A stretch of DNA of 64,000 nt from Candidatus Latescibacterota bacterium (GTDB lineage Bacteria; Latescibacterota; UBA2968). The DNA is taken from positions 1,568,001 to 1,632,000 of the forward strand of contig OZ241986.1 of assembly GCA_965204375.1 (NCBI GenBank), in the 5' to 3' direction. The notes beneath the pieces were generated by a model. It was not told the DNA's origin. It saw only the letters and a list, made by a program, of their open reading frames with translations, and ran no database searches. The position numbers and the translations under genes are program-made. This document shows positions 9,204 through 18,393 of the stretch, piece by piece (within the stretch, counting starts at the first letter, position 1; every line of letters starts with the position of its first letter).

Positions 9204-11498
9204 ATGGCGACAAAAACAGAAGATTATCTGGGCATTACGGATTACAAAGTTATTGGCACCCGTCCGATACGGCACGATGGCGTCGATAAAGTCGTCGGTC
9301 GAGCAAAATACGGTGCAGATATCGATATGGCAGGCATGTTGCATGGAGCAGTTGTGCGCAGCCCACACGCGCATGCGCGAATCAAATCGATAGACACGAG
9401 CAAGGCAGAAGCGCTTGCAGGTGTAAAAGCCGTGATTACGGTTGGCGATCTGCCATTGCAAGAAGACAAAATTGAAGACCTGGGTGAAGGTGCTGCCAAT
9501 CTTCAGCATCTGCGCGCAAACGTGCTGGCCGATGGCAAGGTATTATATCACGGCCATGCAGTTGCAGCGGTTGCCGCAACAGATATTCACACAGCGCAAG
9601 AAGCCGTTGATTTGATCGATGTCGAATACGAGGTGTTGCAACCCGTTTTGACTGTCCACGAAGCCATGGAAGAGGACGCGCCTTTGCTTCTGGAAGACCA
9701 GACCACGCAGTCGTTGGGCGAAGATACGGGACAAAAGAGCAATGTTTGTACCCATTTTCGCCACGAATTAGGCGACGTGGAGAAGGGATTTGCAGAGGCG
9801 GACCTCGTCATTGAGCGAGAATTTGATACTGCGACGGTTCACCAGGGGTATATTGAACCCCAAAATGCCACGGCTTTGTGGGGTGCCGATGATCAGATCA
9901 CGGTGTGGTGCAGCACGCAGGGCGCATTTACCGTGCGCGAACAGACTGCGCAGATATTAGATGTACCGGTTTCGCAGGTCAAAGTCGTTCCCATGGAAAT
10001 TGGCGGTGGATTTGGGGGCAAAATTCGGATTTATCTCGAACCTCTGGCCGCGGTTCTGTCGAGAAAGACGGGACGCCCCGTCAAGATGGTCATGAGCCGC
10101 ACAGAAGTTTTGCAGGCTACTGGACCAACCGCTGGCTCTTTTATAAAGTGCAAAATGGGGGTTGACAAAGCGGGGAAGATTGTCGCTGCATATGCGTATA
10201 TGGCGTATGAGTCGGGTGGTTTTCCCGGCAGTTGGGCAGCACCAGGTGCCATGTGCATTTTCGCGCCCTACAATATCCCCAATGTGCTGATTGATGGATA
10301 CGAGGTGCTGGTCAATAAACCTCAGACCATGGCCTATCGGGCGCCAGGCGCGACCAATGCCGCTTTTGCTTCAGAAACGATTATCGACGAGATTTGCGAG
10401 CAATTGGATGTTGATCCACTCGATTTTCGGCTCGAGAATTCTGCCAGAGAAGGCACGCGACGCGCAGATGGTCCGGTTTATCCACGAATTGGTAACGAGG
10501 AATGTGTCAAAACGGCTCTTTCTTCAGAGCACTACGCGACGCAACTCAGTGGTAAAAACCGCGGGCGCGGGATTGCTTCGGGTTTCTGGTTCAACGTGGG
10601 TTTGAAGTCGAGTGCCGCTGCCAGTGTAAATTCCGATGGTACGGTCAGTCTGGTCGAGGGTTCTACGGATATTGGCGGAACCCGAACGTCTATTGCGATG
10701 CAATTGGCCGAAGTGCTCGGCATCAGGGCCGAAGATGTCAAGCCACAGGTCGTTGATACGGATTCTATCGGCGATACAGATGTGACTGGGGGAAGTCGCA
10801 CCACATTTGCAACCGGATGGGCGGCCTATCAGTGCGCTCTGGATATCAAGGAGCAGTTGATTGAGCGCGCGGCAAAATTGTGGGAGATCTCGACTGATGA
10901 TGTGGTTTTTGACGATGGCACATTTTCTTCATCTGATTCTTCTAAGACCATATCGTTCAAAGAGTTGTCAGGAATGCTTGACGAAACCGGTGGTCCCGTT
11001 ATGGGCAGGGCAACCGTAAATCCGTCCGGCGTGGGCGGAGCTTTTGCGGTAATGATTGTCGATATTGAGGTCGATACTGAAACGGGCAAAGTGGAGATTT
11101 TGCGCGTCTCTATGATTCAAGATGCTGGCAAAGCTGTTTACCCCGGTTATGTCGAGGGACAAATGCAAGGAGGCACAGCACAGGGCATTGGCTGGGCACT
11201 CAACGAAGAATACGCCTATAATGGAGATGGACTTTTGACCAATGCGAGTTTGCTCGATTATCGGATGCCCACATGTCTCGATTTGCCCATGATTGAAACC
11301 CATATCGTCGAAGTGCCAAACCCCGGCCACCCCTATGGTGTGCGAGGGGTGGGAGAAGTGCCAATTGTTCCACCTGCTGCGGCAGTTGCAAATGCGATTT
11401 ACGATGCTGTGGGTGTGAGAATGACAAATTTGCCCATGTCACCGGGCGAAGTTCTCAAGGCATTGTGGGCAAAAAATGGGGGAAATGGGACAGGCTGA
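9204..11498 (+). CDS. Xanthine dehydrogenase family molybdopterin-binding subunit
   Basis: IGGGFGGK, AYRAPG, GQMQGG, GVRGVGE. Confidence 0.93.
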   Translation: MATKTEDYLGITDYKVIGTRPIRHDGVDKVVGRAKYGADIDMAGMLHGAVVRSPHAHARIKSIDTSKAEALAGVKAVITVGDLPLQEDKIEDLGEGAANLQHLRANVLADGKVLYHGHAVAAVAATDIHTAQEAVDLIDVEYEVLQPVLTVHEAMEEDAPLLLEDQTTQSLGEDTGQKSNVCTHFRHELGDVEKGFAEADLVIEREFDTATVHQGYIEPQNATALWGADDQITVWCSTQGAFTVREQTAQILDVPVSQVKVVPMEIGGGFGGKIRIYLEPLAAVLSRKTGRPVKMVMSRTEVLQATGPTAGSFIKCKMGVDKAGKIVAAYAYMAYESGGFPGSWAAPGAMCIFAPYNIPNVLIDGYEVLVNKPQTMAYRAPGATNAAFASETIIDEICEQLDVDPLDFRLENSAREGTRRADGPVYPRIGNEECVKTALSSEHYATQLSGKNRGRGIASGFWFNVGLKSSAAASVNSDGTVSLVEGSTDIGGTRTSIAMQLAEVLGIRAEDVKPQVVDTDSIGDTDVTGGSRTTFATGWAAYQCALDIKEQLIERAAKLWEISTDDVVFDDGTFSSSDSSKTISFKELSGMLDETGGPVMGRATVNPSGVGGAFAVMIVDIEVDTETGKVEILRVSMIQDAGKAVYPGYVEGQMQGGTAQGIGWALNEEYAYNGDGLLTNASLLDYRMPTCLDLPMIETHIVEVPNPGHPYGVRGVGEVPIVPPAAAVANAIYDAVGVRMTNLPMSPGEVLKALWAKNGGNGTG

Positions 11499-11545
11499 TT
11501 TGTAAGGAATTGAATAGACATCCAATCCAAAGGAAAGGGGGTAAC

Positions 11546-12133
11546 ATGAATCGAGTGATTTCAATATTCGCTGCCTGGGGACTGGCAGTTCTGATGGTGC
11601 TGTGTGTTCCTCAGATGTCCGATGCCCTGGGGTTGCATGTCAAAGCGGGGGTGAGTCTGACGCGCGAACCTCAGTTTGATACCTTTTACGGCATGGGTGG
11701 GCAGTTTGACTCTCACCGATGGATGATCGGGGGCAATCTCGATCTGGGATCTGTTATGTTGCCCAAATTGCATCTGCTTCCAGGCCTGGATATCGCGGCA
11801 CAGGAGAATTTGCGCGTTTATGCCGTCAATCTGGATGTCGTTTACTTTTTTCATCAAACGCCAGTCGGACGAGCCTATTTCGGTGGTGGTTTTGGAACCC
11901 ACTTCTTTCGCCCCCAAATAGCATCTGGTGCTATAGAATCTGAGTCAGCGGTAGAAGAGTCGGTAGATGGCCCCCAAAACGATACCAAAATCAGCTTGAA
12001 TTTGCCATTGGGGTATCAGCGCAAATTGAGTCCGATGCTGGCCTGGTTTGGCGAGATGAAACTCATCATTGCCGACGATGAAAAAGACAGTGCATTGCAA
12101 TTCACAATTGGTTTTCGCTTTGGTAATGAATAG
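11546..12133 (+). CDS. Outer-membrane beta-barrel protein
   Basis: Signal peptide, alternating beta strands, YFGGGFG, C-terminal GFRF; start moved to ATG after GGGGG. Confidence 0.65.
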   Translation: MNRVISIFAAWGLAVLMVLCVPQMSDALGLHVKAGVSLTREPQFDTFYGMGGQFDSHRWMIGGNLDLGSVMLPKLHLLPGLDIAAQENLRVYAVNLDVVYFFHQTPVGRAYFGGGFGTHFFRPQIASGAIESESAVEESVDGPQNDTKISLNLPLGYQRKLSPMLAWFGEMKLIIADDEKDSALQFTIGFRFGNE

Positions 12134-12142
12134 GAAGGATTT

Positions 12143-12241
12143 ATGGCGGGTAGTGAACGCAGAAAAGAGCTTCGCCGAAGGCGACAGAGGCGAAAAAAAC
12201 GCCTTAAAGCGCGCCGTCGAGAAGGAAGAAGTGGGAAGTAA
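12143..12241 (+). CDS. Small Arg/Lys-rich protein (32 aa), absent from the ORF track
   Basis: GGAAGGA RBS, then MAGSERRKELRRRRQRRKKRLKARRREGRSGK*. Confidence 0.55.
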   Translation: MAGSERRKELRRRRQRRKKRLKARRREGRSGK

Positions 12242-12255
12242 GAAGTGAAAAGTGT
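12221..12255 (+). repeat. GAAGNNN heptamer array
   Basis: gaaggaa gaagtgg gaagtaa gaagtga aaagtgt; contains the upstream stop and the next GTG start. Confidence 0.55.
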
Positions 12256-13191
12256 TCTTATTATTTTTGCCATCACATCTCTAATTGAAGCCAGTGAATC
12301 CACAGGTAATCTCGTCGTTGAAGTGCATCAATCTCATAGTGGAACGGATTTGTGGTATCGTGTTGGCATTGTAAACTCAACAGCGATTGATTGGGGAGAG
12401 AACCACAAATACGACAATGGGCGATTGCCCATGTGCGACCTCAACAGCGATACGATTGTAGAAGTTCACGAGGGTCACGGCGATTTGACCCTGTGGTATC
12501 GCGTGGGATCGATTGAGAAAAAAACGCGGACGATTAACTGGGGAAGTAGCGTTAGTTACGAAGATAGGGGCAGAAGCCCGGTTGTCGCCATGCAGGGCAA
12601 TATTGTTGTTGAGATGCACCAGTCTCACGATGGAACAGAGTTGTGGTATCACGTTGGGATTTTGGATCGTTCAACCCGGGTTATCAACTGGGGCGCAAGC
12701 AGAAAATTTGATCGGGGGCAGTTTCCGAGTATTGGATTTTCCAAAGGAGAATTGAATACTATCGTCGAAGTGCATCAATCTCATAAAGGGGCGAATTTGT
12801 GGTACCATGTTGGTATTGTAAACCCGACTACGCGAGCGATTGATTGGGGGGAAAGCCACAAATACGACAATGGGCGATTGCCTATGTGCGACCTCAACGG
12901 CGATACGGTTGTGGAAGTTCATCAAGGGCATGATGACTTGCAATTGTGGTATCGTGTGGGAACGGTAAAAAAAAAACGCGGACCATTGTGTGGGGTACAA
13001 GCGTGAATTACGGCAAGGGCAAAGTGCCTACCGTAGCGATTAAAAACAATATTGTCGTGGAGATGCACCAGTCTTATAATGGAATTGATTTGTGGTATAA
13101 TGTTGGCATTTTAGACAAAACAACCGGGACGATTAAATGGGGAAAGAGCCGCAAATTAGATACAGGTCGGGTCCCAAGTGTGGGATTTTGA
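12245..13191 (+). pseudogene. Six-repeat beta-propeller-like secreted protein, frameshifted at an A10 tract
   Basis: Six ~50-aa VVEVHQ..LWY.VG..I.WG repeats; the fifth switches frame at A10 (12967-12976). Confidence 0.75.
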
Positions 13192-13289
13192 TCAATAGAC
13201 AATAAGAACCCTTGCCATATATGCGATTTTTTGTACATTAGTAGAGAATAAGATCAGACCCGTAGTATCATTTTTCAGGAGGTTTTTCA

Positions 13290-13655
13290 ATGGCTAATCC
13301 CAAAGTCATCGCCTATTTAAAGCCAGTTTGTGGTTGGAGCGGTGGTGTGCGCGCTGTTCTGGCAAAATATGGGCTGGAGTACGAAGACCGCGATATCATT
13401 AACAATCCCGACAACTATCGCGAGATGGTTATAAAGAGCGGGCAACCCTTACAGCCCTGTGTGCAGATTGGGGATACGATGCTGGCCGATATCAGCGGTG
13501 ATGAGTTAGAAGGTTGGTTAATCCAAAATGGGTACCAGCCCGGAGGCCCAGATCCCTCGGTTCCAACGGATCGTTCCTGTACGGATGAAGAGCATGAAGC
13601 AATGGCCCGTGCAGCACAGCAACCGACTATTGCCAACCCTCACTTTGGTCGATAA
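13290..13655 (+). CDS. Glutaredoxin-like protein (CGWS)
   Basis: KPVCGWS, SGQPLQPCVQI; AGGAGG RBS. Confidence 0.8.
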   Translation: MANPKVIAYLKPVCGWSGGVRAVLAKYGLEYEDRDIINNPDNYREMVIKSGQPLQPCVQIGDTMLADISGDELEGWLIQNGYQPGGPDPSVPTDRSCTDEEHEAMARAAQQPTIANPHFGR

Positions 13656-13680
13656 AAATAAGGTGGTGGTTTTTGATAGC

Positions 13681-13712
13681 GAGGCGATCCGTTAAGGGTC
13701 GCCTTTTTTTTT
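13681..13712 (+). terminator. Rho-independent terminator
   Basis: GAGGCGATCC-GTTAA-GGGTCGCCTT followed by a T-run. Confidence 0.75.
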
Positions 13713-13748
13713 CCATAAGAGCCATTTGCAAATACTTTTATATTTATT

Positions 13749-14429
13749 ATGCAGACGCGCGTTCTCGAAAAAGAGATTGCTGAATGCACCCTGTGCAAAC
13801 GCCTGGTCGATTATTGCCGCACCTTTAAGTTGGCGGAAAATCGCAAAATTGGCGATTGCGATTACTGGGCAAAACCCGTTCCGGGCTTTGGAGATATCAA
13901 CGCACAATTGCTCATTATTGGTCTGGCTCCCGGCGCACACGGAGCCAACCGCACGGGCAGGCCATTTACAGGCGATGGCGCTGGGGAGGTGCTGTACCGC
14001 GCGCTCTTTCGGCACGGTTTTGCCAACCGGGAAACAGCGGTTGATCTCCACGACGGCATGCGTCTGGACAATGTGTATATCACGAATGCCGTCAAATGCG
14101 TTCCGCCCCAGAATCGCCCCAGGTCCAAAGAAAAGCGCGCGTGTCTCGACTGGCTGGCGCAGGAGATGACGTTCTTGCGTCGCGTAAAAATCGTTCTGGC
14201 GATGGGTAGGGATGCGTTTGACAGTTATATAAGGCTGGAGAGGTCAGCAGGGCGCGTGACGAGGCTAAACGCCTATCGTTTTCAGCACGGTGGCGTGTAC
14301 CGGTTGGACGATAAAATCCTCGTAGCGACCTACCATTTTAGTCGCTACAATATGAATACAGGCGTCCTGACAGAAGATATGATCAATGTGTTGTTTCAGC
14401 GCGTACGCGCATTGCTGTGTGAAGTGTGA
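13749..14429 (+). CDS. udgB: Uracil-DNA glycosylase, family 5
   Basis: CTLCKRL Fe-S Cys, GLAPGAHGANRTGRPFTGD, NAVKCVPPQNRP. Confidence 0.85.
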   Translation: MQTRVLEKEIAECTLCKRLVDYCRTFKLAENRKIGDCDYWAKPVPGFGDINAQLLIIGLAPGAHGANRTGRPFTGDGAGEVLYRALFRHGFANRETAVDLHDGMRLDNVYITNAVKCVPPQNRPRSKEKRACLDWLAQEMTFLRRVKIVLAMGRDAFDSYIRLERSAGRVTRLNAYRFQHGGVYRLDDKILVATYHFSRYNMNTGVLTEDMINVLFQRVRALLCEV

Positions 14430-14476
14430 AGGAGGAAGTGTGAAGGAGGAAGTGTGAAGGAGGAAGTGTGAAGGAG
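14421..14476 (+). repeat. Four perfect copies of the 14-bp unit GAAGTGTGAAGGAG
   Basis: Read directly; the UDG stop TGA lies in the first unit. Confidence 0.95.
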
Positions 14477-14553
14477 GGAACGGTGTACAACTGGTCGCAG
14501 TCCAGACCAGTTCACTGTGATGAAGCACCAGCTTTGGGGCGGTGTTGGGTGGA

Positions 14554-14585
14554 TTTCTCCCTTCTTACTTCTTACTTCTCACTTC
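14554..14585 (-). repeat. Inverted GAAGNNN heptamer array
   Basis: Reverse complement gaagtga gaagtaa gaagtaa gaag...; hpt stop TGA in the first unit. Confidence 0.8.
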
Positions 14586-15112
14586 GGCGGGTCCAGCACA
14601 GCTATGTAGGGAAGGTTGCGGTAGGCCTGATTGTAGTCGAGACCATAACCCACTACAAACTGGTCCGGGATGGTGAAACCGCAGTGATGGATGGAGACGG
14701 GTACGATTCTGCGGTCGGGTTTGTCCAGAAGGGTGCAGATACCGAGGCTGCGTGGGTTTCTGTCCTTTAATAATGTGAGAAGTGCAGAGATCGTGCGCCC
14801 GGTATCGACAATATCTTCGACAACGAGCACATGACGGTCATCAATTTCACGACTGAGGTCTTTTTTGAATGTCACTGTGCCCGAACTACTTGTACCGACA
14901 TAACTCGAAATCGCAATGAGATCAATTTCAATGGGACAGCTTATCGCACGCGAAAGATCGACTAAAAAGAAGAGGGCACCCGTTAGAATGCCCAGGAGAA
15001 CAACACCGTCTGGGTACTGTGCGGAAATTTCGGCGCCGAGTTCACGAACGCGGTTCTGAATCGTTTTTTCATCAATTAATATAGAATCGGGATGAAGGAT
15101 AAACTCCTGCAC
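14579..15112 (-). CDS. hpt: Hypoxanthine phosphoribosyltransferase
   Basis: VLVVEDIVDTGRT PRPP motif, FVVGYGLDY; AGGAGG RBS. Confidence 0.95.
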   Translation of the reverse strand: MQEFILHPDSILIDEKTIQNRVRELGAEISAQYPDGVVLLGILTGALFFLVDLSRAISCPIEIDLIAISSYVGTSSSGTVTFKKDLSREIDDRHVLVVEDIVDTGRTISALLTLLKDRNPRSLGICTLLDKPDRRIVPVSIHHCGFTIPDQFVVGYGLDYNQAYRNLPYIAVLDPPK

Positions 15113-15259
15113 TGGAAAAACCTCCTTGTGATGGTAGATGATATAACTTAAAGAATTTATTTTTTAAGTCAAACCCCATTGGGGCTAACTCATTCCCATC
15201 AAAATGCGCGTTCTCATTGCGTTAGCGCGCATATCTTCTGCGGTATTTGAAGGAATCCC

Positions 15260-15288
15260 TTGATTCAGATTTGTAAAAATGCTATATT
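15260..15288 (+). promoter_or_regulatory. Sigma70 promoter upstream of the mutL leader
   Basis: TTGATT-17bp-TATATT with extended TG. Confidence 0.55.
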
Positions 15289-15310
15289 TGCGTCGAAGCT
15301 TATGCTTCAC

Positions 15311-15432
15311 AAAAAAACGCCTTGAATCTGCATGAGGGTAGCCCCGCAGGAAGTTTTCCGCTGTTTTAACACCGGGACTTCGACAACCTTTTCGGCACCC
15401 GGCGGGTTAGGCGTTTTTTGTTTTCTTTTTTT
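15311..15432 (+). ncRNA. Candidate structured leader or sRNA upstream of mutL
   Basis: AAAAAACGCCT...AGGCGTTTTTT closing stem, internal hairpins, long U-tail; no family recognised. Confidence 0.35.
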
Positions 15433-15449
15433 TAACATCTATCCTCAAT

Positions 15450-17243
15450 ATGCCCAATCAAATTCGCATACTCCCGGATGAGATTGCCAACCGCATCGCC
15501 GCTGGAGAAGTGGTTGAGCGGCCGGCGTCTGTCGCAAAAGAACTGATTGAGAACTCAGTGGATGCGGGATCGGATCGCATTGTCGTTGAAGTTACTGCTG
15601 GCGGCAAGGAAAGCCTGCGGGTCAGTGATAATGGATGCGGGATGTCGCGCGATGACGCGCTTTTGGCACTTGAACGACACGCGACGAGCAAAATTCAAAG
15701 TCTGGACGATCTAAAAGGGTTGCTCACACACGGATTCAGGGGTGAGGCATTGCCCAGTATTGCCGCTGTTTCGCGCATGACCCTTGAAACTCGTCTGGTA
15801 GATGCGGTTGAAGGAACGCGAATCTCCGTGGTGGGCGGGCGCGTACAGGATGTATCCGCGATTGGTCGCGGACAGGGTACGGCAGTTACATTGCACGGCC
15901 TATTTTTTAATGTGCCCGCCAGGCGAAAATTTCTCAAAAGTGTCGATACGGAATTTCGGCATATTGTGAACGCGGTGACAGCCATGGCCATGGCGTACCC
16001 CGAGATCGGATTTGACCTCAAGCACAATGGACGCCAGGTGCTACAACTGGGCAGGTCGCGCTTTGATCGGCGGGCAGAGCAAATTTTTGGCGTGCGATAT
16101 GGCGCAGATGCCATTGGTGTTGAGAGCAAGGCGAGCGGAATTGAGGTTCGAGGCTTTGTGGGCAAGCCCGAGTCCGCGCGAAAATCCGGTGCCCAACAGG
16201 TTTTGATTGTCAATAACCGATGGGTGCAGCACAAAGCCATCGCTTTCGCAGTTTACGAAGGATACGGCGGGCTTTTACCCAAGGGGCTTGCGCCATCGTA
16301 TTGCCTTTGTCTGAACATTGATCCGGCGCGTGTGGATGTCAATGTCCATCCTTCAAAGCGCGAGGTTCGCTTTGCCGATGAGCGAACAATTTACGGCCTG
16401 ATCACCCAGGCGGTTCAGAAATCACTGCGCGGCGCAGACCTGATCCCGGAAATGGACGATGCTATTATGCCCGTGGCAGATACGCCTGTGAGCATCGCAG
16501 AATCCCCCGAGATCACCTATCAGCCCGGGCAGCCCAAAGTTGGCGGACAACCCCAGATGGCATTGCCGCTAACGATGAGAATGTCGTCGGGCAAGACAAA
16601 GCGGGGAACCGGGGTTAATACCGATGATCTCGATGAAGAGGATTTTGCCCGGGTTTCCGTATGGCAATTGCACAGCAAGTACATTTTGGCGCATATTAAA
16701 AATGGTTTGATTGCGATTGACCAGCAGGTTGCCCATCAGAGGATTTTGTACGAACGCGCCATTGACAATATGCATACCCGTCCCGCGACGAGTCAGCGGC
16801 TGTTGTTTCCACTTACGCTCGATTTTAGTGTCAAAGAAATTCTTATTGTGCGCGAGGCCATGCCCCTGTTGGAAAAAATGGGATTTGGCATTCGCGATTT
16901 TGGGGGGCATACGGTTGTTGTCGATGCCATTCCCATGGGGCTGAGAACGTGGCAAGATGGACAGCTTTTGAGAGATATGGTTCGCGATATGGCCGAAGCC
17001 GAGCAAGCGACTTCTGTTTCGCCTTCCGGGCAAGCGCGGCAGATTGCACCCGAGGAACATCGGCTCGCATCGGTTTATGCCTGGCATACGTCGATTCGCA
17101 CAGGTGAGGATTTATCGACAGAGGAAATGCGCGCGCTTATAGATCAATTGTTCGCAACGCGAGAACCTTTCGTCAGCCCTTATGGCAGGCCAACGCTTGT
17201 TAAGATCGGGCTGGATGAAATTGACAATCGGTTTAAGCGATAG
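15450..17243 (+). CDS. mutL: DNA mismatch repair protein MutL
   Basis: IAAGEVVERPASVAKELIENS, HATSK, GFRGEAL, DVNVHPSK. Confidence 0.97.
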   Translation: MPNQIRILPDEIANRIAAGEVVERPASVAKELIENSVDAGSDRIVVEVTAGGKESLRVSDNGCGMSRDDALLALERHATSKIQSLDDLKGLLTHGFRGEALPSIAAVSRMTLETRLVDAVEGTRISVVGGRVQDVSAIGRGQGTAVTLHGLFFNVPARRKFLKSVDTEFRHIVNAVTAMAMAYPEIGFDLKHNGRQVLQLGRSRFDRRAEQIFGVRYGADAIGVESKASGIEVRGFVGKPESARKSGAQQVLIVNNRWVQHKAIAFAVYEGYGGLLPKGLAPSYCLCLNIDPARVDVNVHPSKREVRFADERTIYGLITQAVQKSLRGADLIPEMDDAIMPVADTPVSIAESPEITYQPGQPKVGGQPQMALPLTMRMSSGKTKRGTGVNTDDLDEEDFARVSVWQLHSKYILAHIKNGLIAIDQQVAHQRILYERAIDNMHTRPATSQRLLFPLTLDFSVKEILIVREAMPLLEKMGFGIRDFGGHTVVVDAIPMGLRTWQDGQLLRDMVRDMAEAEQATSVSPSGQARQIAPEEHRLASVYAWHTSIRTGEDLSTEEMRALIDQLFATREPFVSPYGRPTLVKIGLDEIDNRFKR

Positions 17244-17245
17244 TC

Positions 17246-18166
17246 ATGACCTCATTCCCATATATTCTGGTGATTGCTGGGCCGACGGCATCGGGCAAAA
17301 CGGCTGTGGGCATTGAACTCGCGCAGAGGATAGATGGCGAGATTATATCGGCAGATGCGCGTCAGATTTATCGTTTTATGGATATTGGGACGGCAAAGCC
17401 GACAACTGAAGAACGGGCTGCTGCACGCCATCACCTCATCGATTTTATTAATCCCGACAAAGACTATAGCGCCGGACAATTTGCCGAAGATGCATCTGCG
17501 GTGATTGGGAATATTCTGCGTCGCGGCAAGATGCCCATTGTCGTCGGAGGAGCGGGGCTGTATATTCGCGCGTTGTTCGATGGCTTTTCACCTATGCCGA
17601 AAATTCCGATAGAGGTTCGCACGCGATTGCAGGAAGAGGGGAGAGATTGTCTTTCCTCCCTGTACAAAAGGCTGTGCGAGGTTGATCCGGAATGGGCTGA
17701 AAAAATTCAGGCAACCGATACACAACGCATTCTGCGCGGTCTGGAAGTCTATGAAGCATCGGGCAAACCGCTTTCTGAACATCAGAAGGTGCCGCCAACG
17801 CCGCCGATTCGCCATACTGCATCTTATTGGGGTTTGTACTGGGAGCGCGAAGTACTCTATGACCGAATCAATGCGCGTGCTTGCTTTATGTTCGAGAATG
17901 GCCTGATTGAGGAAGCAAAAAGTCTCCGCGATAGAGGTTATTCTCCCGATCTAAACGCGCTCAATGCGTTTGGGTACCGGGAAATATTTCAATATCTCGA
18001 TGGTGAGACGACGCTTGATCGCGCGCTTGCCGATTTGCAACAGGGTACGCGACGCTATGCCAAACGACAGATGACTTTTTTTCGCAAAAATGAACGTATA
18101 CAGTGGGTAGATGGTAGCGATGACGGTGTGACAGATGTCATCTTGCAAAACCTTGAAACATGTTGA
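17246..18166 (+). CDS. miaA: tRNA dimethylallyltransferase
   Basis: GPTASGKT, SADARQIY, DIGTAKP, YAKRQ.T; follows mutL. Confidence 0.97.
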   Translation: MTSFPYILVIAGPTASGKTAVGIELAQRIDGEIISADARQIYRFMDIGTAKPTTEERAAARHHLIDFINPDKDYSAGQFAEDASAVIGNILRRGKMPIVVGGAGLYIRALFDGFSPMPKIPIEVRTRLQEEGRDCLSSLYKRLCEVDPEWAEKIQATDTQRILRGLEVYEASGKPLSEHQKVPPTPPIRHTASYWGLYWEREVLYDRINARACFMFENGLIEEAKSLRDRGYSPDLNALNAFGYREIFQYLDGETTLDRALADLQQGTRRYAKRQMTFFRKNERIQWVDGSDDGVTDVILQNLETC

Positions 18167-18191
18167 CACCAAAGATGAACCCCTGTAAATT
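18163..18191 (+). promoter_or_regulatory. Sigma70 promoter for tRNA-Gly
   Basis: TTGACA-17bp-TAAATT just upstream of the tRNA. Confidence 0.65.
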
Positions 18192-18207
18192 GGCTATTCC
18201 TTGCGGA

Positions 18208-18283
18208 GCGGGAATAACTCAGTTGGTAGAGTGCAAGCTTCCCAAGCTTGATGTCGCGGGTTCGAGTCCCGTTTCCCGCTCCA
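18208..18283 (+). tRNA. tRNA-Gly(CCC)
   Basis: 76-nt cloverleaf: GCGGGAA/TTCCCGC acceptor stem, CAAGC-TTCCCAA-GCTTG anticodon arm, GGTTCGAG T-loop, encoded CCA. Confidence 0.97.
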
Positions 18284-18301
18284 AAAAAATAATGAAAAAT
18301 C

Positions 18302-18340
18302 ACGGGCAATCTCAAATCGGGTTGTCCGTTCTTTTTGTTT
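18302..18340 (+). terminator. Terminator after the tRNA
   Basis: ACGGGCAATC...GGTTGTCCGT followed by a T-rich tail. Confidence 0.6.
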
Positions 18341-18393
18341 TATGTATTGAATAAACCCAATCGGTGCAATATACTGCGTCCGAAGGAGTTTTG

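Noticed and set aside
7832-11498. Aerobic CO dehydrogenase call
   Set aside because: Lacks the AYxCSFR motif and cox accessory genes.
14421-14476. CRISPR interpretation of the tandem arrays (also 20491 and 41261)
   Set aside because: Units are 7-16 bp and directly adjacent, with no unique spacers and no cas genes.
14468-14770. ORFs starting in or spanning repeats (14468-14770, 14265-14528, 20370-20696, 41176-41580)
   Set aside because: Low-complexity translations of the arrays that overlap real genes.
18208-18283. tRNA-Gly as an island attachment site
   Set aside because: No integrase nearby, and I saw no duplicate of the tRNA 3' end in the window.
18055-18354. ORFs overlapping the tRNA
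   Set aside because: Spurious translations of tRNA-Gly.
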